64,000 nt of DNA, taken from positions 2,535 to 66,534 of the forward strand of contig JAAYNA010000065.1 in assembly GCA_012521105.1 (NCBI GenBank), in the 5' to 3' direction. Each line of letters begins with the position of its first letter. The first letter of the stretch is position 1. Below are positions 59,122 to 64,000 of this stretch, in pieces. This DNA comes from Clostridiaceae bacterium (GTDB lineage Bacteria; Bacillota; Clostridia; DSM-8532). Both the position numbers and the translations under genes were made by a program. Under the pieces are notes generated by a model. The model did no database searches, had not been told where the DNA came from, and saw nothing but the letters and a program-made list of their open reading frames with translations.

Positions 59122-61323
59122 TTGGCTGCAAATATGATTAAAGTGAAAAAGAGGTCACTTGCGTTATTAATTACATATTCCATTTTAATTATTGCACTTA
59201 TTTTCAGGGTTGGCTACTATCAAATTGTAAAAGGTGAAGAATATTCAATTAAAGCATACGAGAGGCAAACCAGAAGCAGGATAATCAACCCGAAAAGAGG
59301 GACAATTTACGATCGCAATGGAAAAGGGTTAGCAATTAGTGCATCGGTAGAAACTATTTCGGTAAATCCGCCCGATTTTATGGATAAAATGAAGGATACC
59401 CCTGAAAAGATAGACCAGATTGCTTATGATCTTGCTCAGATGTTGGATATGACCCCCGAGAGTGTGAAGGAAAAATTAACTTCTAATTTAAGCTGGGCTT
59501 TTATAAAAAGAAAAGTTGACAAGGAAGTGGGATTAAAGGTTCGTGAATATCTTGTGGAAAATAGCATAGACAGTATTTATGTGGATGAAGATTCGAAAAG
59601 GTATTTTCCAAACGGAAATCTTGCATCCCATGTTTTAGGTTTTACCGGTGACGACGAACAGGGACTGAATGGTATAGAGAAAACATTTGATGAAATATTA
59701 AGCGGAAAACCGGGTATGGTTATGAGCGAGTTTGATGCCGGAGGGCGTCAGGTAAAATACAGCCCCGAAACTTATGTTGAACCGGTGGATGGGTATAATA
59801 TATATCTGACGATAGATGAAACAATCCAGTATTTTACTGAAAAGGCACTGGAAAAGGCCATGCTGGACTATAATCTGAAAAGAGGTGCTGCAGCTATTGT
59901 AATGGATCCAAAAACCGGAGAAATCCTTGCAATGGCTTCAAAGCCCGATTATGATCCAAACGATCCTTTCGCAAAGCCGGACTTTTTAGAAACCGGTGAA
60001 TGGAAAGGCAAGTCCAGCAATGAAGACGTAGACTTCCTCTTTCAGACAGTTTTCAGGAACAAAGCGCTGATGGATACATATGAACCGGGTTCTACCTTTA
60101 AAGCCGTTACAGCAGCCGCCGCCCTGGAGGAGGGCGTGGTTACTCCCGACACTGAATTTGTTTGCAGCACCATTCATCTCGCAGGGCATAATATTAACTG
60201 CTGGAGACCCGGAGGTCACGGTGCCGAAACATTCCGACTTGGTGTGTATAATTCCTGCAACCCGGTATTTGTAAAAACTTCCATGGCTCTTGGGTTGGAT
60301 AAGTTCTATAAATATGTGAAGAGTTTTGGCTTCATGGAGAAAACAGGCATAACATTGAATGGCGAACCGTCAGATAACGAATACCAATGGCATAAGGACC
60401 CGAAAGAGATTGATATGGCAGTCAGTTCTTTCGGTCAGCGTTTTACAATTTCACCACTGCAGTTGATTACTGCATATTGTGCAATTGCCAATGGCGGGGA
60501 CTTAATGAAACCAATATTGGTAAAGCAGATAAGCGACAGTGAGGGAAACATAATAGAAAAGACAGAGCCCCAGGTAGTGCGAAAAGTTATCTCCAAACAG
60601 ACATCCGACACTTTGCGTGATATACTTCAGGGTGTTGTATCAGAAGGAACGGGAAGAAACGCATATATTAGCGGGTACAGAATTGCAGGAAAAACAGGAA
60701 CATCTGAAACTGTTGAAACAGATACAGAGGGCAGATACATCGCTTCTTTTGCATGTTTTGCACCTGCTGATGATCCTGTAATAGCCCTTATTGTGGTACT
60801 TGACCATCCCCAGGTTTATCCCCACACTGGTGGTACCATTGCAGCTCCCGTTGCAGGGAAGTTGGTCGAGGAAATACTTGATTATTTGGGGATTGAGCGG
60901 GAATATACTGAAAAGGACAAACAATTAATGCTGAAAGAGATGTATGTACCCGAAGTCAGGAAGATGAAGCTGTCTGAAGCAAAGGCGAAGTTAAAGGCCT
61001 ATGAACTTGAGTTTACAGTTGAGGGTGAAAATCAGGAAGATGACGCAATTGTTTTTGAGCAGACACCAAAACCGAACAGCAGTGTTCCAAGTGGCTCTAC
61101 AGTAATTCTGTATACTTATGACCCCGATGACGAGATTAAAGTAATAATGCCTAATGTTCTGAACAAGGAGATAAATGAAGCTGCTGAAACACTAAGAAAA
61201 GCAGGACTGAATATTAAAGTTGAAGGAATTGGGCAGGCACACAGACAAGAGTTTGAACCAGGCGTAGAACTTAATAAAGGCCAGGTTGTTACTGTATGGT
61301 TTGAATTAACCGAAACTGATTAA
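59122..61323 (+). CDS. spoVD: Class B penicillin-binding protein with PASTA domains (SpoVD/FtsI)
   Basis: PKRGTIYDRNG, SxxK (PGSTFK), SCN, KTGT, two PASTA repeats. spoVD vs ftsI is inferred from position. Confidence 0.8.
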   Translation: MAANMIKVKKRSLALLITYSILIIALIFRVGYYQIVKGEEYSIKAYERQTRSRIINPKRGTIYDRNGKGLAISASVETISVNPPDFMDKMKDTPEKIDQIAYDLAQMLDMTPESVKEKLTSNLSWAFIKRKVDKEVGLKVREYLVENSIDSIYVDEDSKRYFPNGNLASHVLGFTGDDEQGLNGIEKTFDEILSGKPGMVMSEFDAGGRQVKYSPETYVEPVDGYNIYLTIDETIQYFTEKALEKAMLDYNLKRGAAAIVMDPKTGEILAMASKPDYDPNDPFAKPDFLETGEWKGKSSNEDVDFLFQTVFRNKALMDTYEPGSTFKAVTAAAALEEGVVTPDTEFVCSTIHLAGHNINCWRPGGHGAETFRLGVYNSCNPVFVKTSMALGLDKFYKYVKSFGFMEKTGITLNGEPSDNEYQWHKDPKEIDMAVSSFGQRFTISPLQLITAYCAIANGGDLMKPILVKQISDSEGNIIEKTEPQVVRKVISKQTSDTLRDILQGVVSEGTGRNAYISGYRIAGKTGTSETVETDTEGRYIASFACFAPADDPVIALIVVLDHPQVYPHTGGTIAAPVAGKLVEEILDYLGIEREYTEKDKQLMLKEMYVPEVRKMKLSEAKAKLKAYELEFTVEGENQEDDAIVFEQTPKPNSSVPSGSTVILYTYDPDDEIKVIMPNVLNKEINEAAETLRKAGLNIKVEGIGQAHRQEFEPGVELNKGQVVTVWFELTETD

Positions 61324-61339
61324 TTACGGAGGTAGGACC

Positions 61340-62794
61340 ATGAAGCTTACAAAATTAATTGAAGGATTGGATATTTTAAAAATAGAAGGTGCAGTTGATA
61401 AGGATATCTCACGAATTGTATACGATTCGCGGCGGGCGGTACCTGGCTCCCTGTTTGTGTGCATAGATGGTTTTAAAACCGATGGCCATAAATATATACA
61501 GTCGGCACTGGATAATGGTGCCACTGCATTCTTAGTGGAAAAGGATGTGCCTGTTTTAGAAAATATGACTGTGGTAAGGGTCCCGGACACGCGCTATGCA
61601 CTTGCCCATGTATCGGCCGCATATTTTGAATATCCCTTTGAACACTTTACACTTGTAGGTATTACCGGAACAAAAGGAAAAACAACAATAACGTATATGA
61701 TAAAGTCCATTCTCGAACAGGCAGGCCAAACTGTAGGTTTAATAGGAACAGTGGCTAATATTATAGGAAGTGAAAAAATACCTGCCCAAAGAACCACGCC
61801 CGAGTCATTGGACCTGCAGGAAGTGTTCAGTAATATGAAGGATAAAGGTGCAGACGCTGTGGTTATGGAAGTTTCGTCCCAGGGCCTGAAGCTGAACAGG
61901 GTGGGAGCTATAACTTTTGATATTGGTGTATTTACCAATTTATCTGAGGATCACATTGGGGGCAGTGAGCACCCGGATATGGAAGACTATCTGAAATCAA
62001 AGATAAAGCTTTTCTCAATGGCAAAGCAGGGTCTTGTAAATATTGACTCTGAATATGCAAAAAGAGTTTTGGACGAAAGCAAATGTCCCTGTATAACTTT
62101 TGGAGTTAAAAACAAAGCAGATATATATGCAGAAGATATTGTTACGTATGCTGACAGGGTGGAATTTACTGTGAAAACACCATGGTTCGGTGGCCCTGTT
62201 AAGGTGTCTGTTCCCGGCAGATTCAGTGTATACAATGCCCTCGCCGCAATCGGAGTTTCGGGAATACTGAGTATTGAGCCGGAGCATATTTCAAATGGGT
62301 TAAAGAACATTCATATACCTGGCAGGGCTGAAATTGTGCCAACACCTGGTAAACAGTATACTGTTATGATAGATTACGCACATACTCCGGATAGTCTGAG
62401 AAACATTCTTTCAACTGTTAAAGAGTTTGTACCAAACCGTCTTATCAGTGTTTTTGGGTGCGGTGGTGATCGCGACAGAACAAAGAGACCACAAATGGGG
62501 AAAATATCAGGTGAGATTGCAGACTTTACCATCATTACATCCGATAACCCAAGGACAGAAGAACCAATGGCAATTATAAAGGACATAGAAGAAGGCATAA
62601 AACAAACGAATGGGCAATATATTATTATTCAGGACAGGACTGAAGCAATTCGTCATGCAATGAAGATAGCTCAGGAAGGGGACATTATTGTATTAGCGGG
62701 GAAAGGCCATGAGACTTATCAAATATTCAAAGACAAGACCATCCACTATGATGAACGGGAAATTGTAAAAGAAATCCTCGAAAGTATGGAGTGA
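61340..62794 (+). CDS. murE: UDP-MurNAc-dipeptide:meso-DAP ligase
   Basis: GTKGKTT, MEVSSQG, DYAHTPD, FGCGGDRD, DNPR (DAP-specific), GKGHETYQ. Confidence 0.96.
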   Translation: MKLTKLIEGLDILKIEGAVDKDISRIVYDSRRAVPGSLFVCIDGFKTDGHKYIQSALDNGATAFLVEKDVPVLENMTVVRVPDTRYALAHVSAAYFEYPFEHFTLVGITGTKGKTTITYMIKSILEQAGQTVGLIGTVANIIGSEKIPAQRTTPESLDLQEVFSNMKDKGADAVVMEVSSQGLKLNRVGAITFDIGVFTNLSEDHIGGSEHPDMEDYLKSKIKLFSMAKQGLVNIDSEYAKRVLDESKCPCITFGVKNKADIYAEDIVTYADRVEFTVKTPWFGGPVKVSVPGRFSVYNALAAIGVSGILSIEPEHISNGLKNIHIPGRAEIVPTPGKQYTVMIDYAHTPDSLRNILSTVKEFVPNRLISVFGCGGDRDRTKRPQMGKISGEIADFTIITSDNPRTEEPMAIIKDIEEGIKQTNGQYIIIQDRTEAIRHAMKIAQEGDIIVLAGKGHETYQIFKDKTIHYDEREIVKEILESME

Positions 62795-62799
62795 AAAAA

Positions 62800-64000
62800 A
62801 TGGAAAAATTACGAGCCGATAAAATATCCACATGGGTCAATGGAAGGCTCACAGGCAACGAATCTGTTACTGTTGACAAAGTCAGCACCGATACAAGGAC
62901 TCTGGTAGAGGGGAGTCTGTTTGTTGCTATACGGGGTGAAAATTTTGACGGTCATAAGTTTATAGACGAAGCCTTCAAAAAGGGAGCTGCAGTAGTTATC
63001 TCAGAAGAAGAGTACCCTGCTGATGGAGGTTCGGCTGTAATTGTTGTTGAAGACACCGTTAAAGCCCTTGGTGAACTTGCAAAAAACTATATAAAAGCCT
63101 TTGATATACCCGTTATAGGTATTACAGGAAGCGTAGGGAAAACTACAACAAAGGAAATGATAGCCCAGGTTTTATCAACCCAGTATAATGTACATAAGAC
63201 TATGGGTAATTTCAACAACCATATCGGGCTGCCATTATCTGTACTAAACTTAAACAGAAATCACACGGTGGCAGTATTTGAAATGGGAATGAATGCTTTA
63301 GGCGAAATTGATTATCTTTCAAAGATTATCAGGCCCGATATTGGAATTATTACAAATATAGGTATTTCACACATAGAAAAGTTAGGTTCAAGGCAGAATA
63401 TTTTAAGGGCTAAACTTGAAATAATTAATGGAATGAAGGAGAATGGTGTATTAATACTTAATGGTGATGATGAACTGCTGTCAGGACTCGAAGGTCTGCT
63501 TCCAATGCCTGTCACTTTCTACGGTATTAATGAAAATTGCAATCTGCAAGCCTATGGCATTGAATCCATGGGAGAAAAAGGGGTGCATTTCACTGTAAAT
63601 ATCAGAAACAGGGATGTTGATATATTCCTTCCCGTTCCCGGTATCCATAACGTGTCCGATGCATTGGCAGCAGTAGCCTGCGGTTTGGAATTGGGCATCA
63701 CAAACGAAAATATACAAAAAGGATTAATACAGTATTCTCAGGAAAAAATGAGGCTTAATATAATTCAATATGGTAATGTTAAAGTTATAAATGATACCTA
63801 TAATGCTGCACCTTCTTCTTCCATTGCTGCTATAACGGTTTTAAGAGAAATTGCAGGATTAAGAAGAAGTATTGCAGTTCTTGGTGATATGCTGGAGTTA
63901 GGCGAATACTCAGGTGAGGCTCACAGAAATGTTGGAGCCCGTGTTGCCCATGAGAAAATTAACTACCTGGTTGCAATAGGAGAACTGGCTAAAGATTACG
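62800..64000 (+). CDS. murF: UDP-MurNAc-tripeptide:D-Ala-D-Ala ligase, partial (runs off the window)
   Basis: Not in the ORF track; hand translation from the ATG at 62800 gives GENFDGH, TGSVGKTTTKE, GNFNNHIGLP, EMGMNALGEI, NDTYNAAP, GDMLELGE. Confidence 0.93.
   Translation, partial: MEKLRADKISTWVNGRLTGNESVTVDKVSTDTRTLVEGSLFVAIRGENFDGHKFIDEAFKKGAAVVISEEEYPADGGSAVIVVEDTVKALGELAKNYIKAFDIPVIGITGSVGKTTTKEMIAQVLSTQYNVHKTMGNFNNHIGLPLSVLNLNRNHTVAVFEMGMNALGEIDYLSKIIRPDIGIITNIGISHIEKLGSRQNILRAKLEIINGMKENGVLILNGDDELLSGLEGLLPMPVTFYGINENCNLQAYGIESMGEKGVHFTVNIRNRDVDIFLPVPGIHNVSDALAAVACGLELGITNENIQKGLIQYSQEKMRLNIIQYGNVKVINDTYNAAPSSSIAAITVLREIAGLRRSIAVLGDMLELGEYSGEAHRNVGARVAHEKINYLVAIGELAKDY

Noticed and set aside
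291-63717. Many 60-200 aa ORFs antisense to or nested in confident genes (e.g. 9182-9778, 6710-7219, 54691-55287)
   Set aside because: Shadow ORFs with no RBS or motif support.

Overview
A 64-kb chromosomal window from a low-GC, spore-forming clostridial Firmicute. Gene content (GH94 phosphorylase, serpin, dcw cluster) suggests a Ruminiclostridium/Thermoclostridium-like polysaccharide degrader; this is inference, not a database result. The backbone carries pstSCAB-phoU-phoP-phoR, rpsO-pnp-glgA-nth, argJ, punA, ahcY, a GH94 phosphorylase, gatCAB, ymfF/ymfH-lgt-rodA and the start of the dcw cluster (mraZ-rsmH-ftsL-spoVD-murE-murF). Two accessory regions stand out. The first (about 5.6-15 kb) has a corrinoid protein, a reductive activator, a PocR-AraC regulator and DUF1638 but no methyltransferase, plus a GH2 fragment and a frameshifted RCC1 lipoprotein. 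The second (about 27.1-34.0 kb) is an AT-rich, decaying island with LoaP, an Sfp-type PPTase, three papain-like/BtrH-like paralogs and IS3/IS1634 debris, probably the relic of a deleted NRPS/PKS cluster. The best leads are: a gatCAB whose GatA has lost its catalytic Lys and two Gln-binding residues; an excisionase-HTH/methyltransferase fusion next to ahcY (possible SahR analogue); an exact 23-bp element shared by the loaP leader and the sfp 5' region; an ECF promoter followed by a terminator/antiterminator leader upstream of a serpin lipoprotein; and a same-strand ACAAAAGA array between rsmH and ftsL. No rRNA, tRNA or CRISPR array was recognised. All calls come from motif reading, with no searches run.
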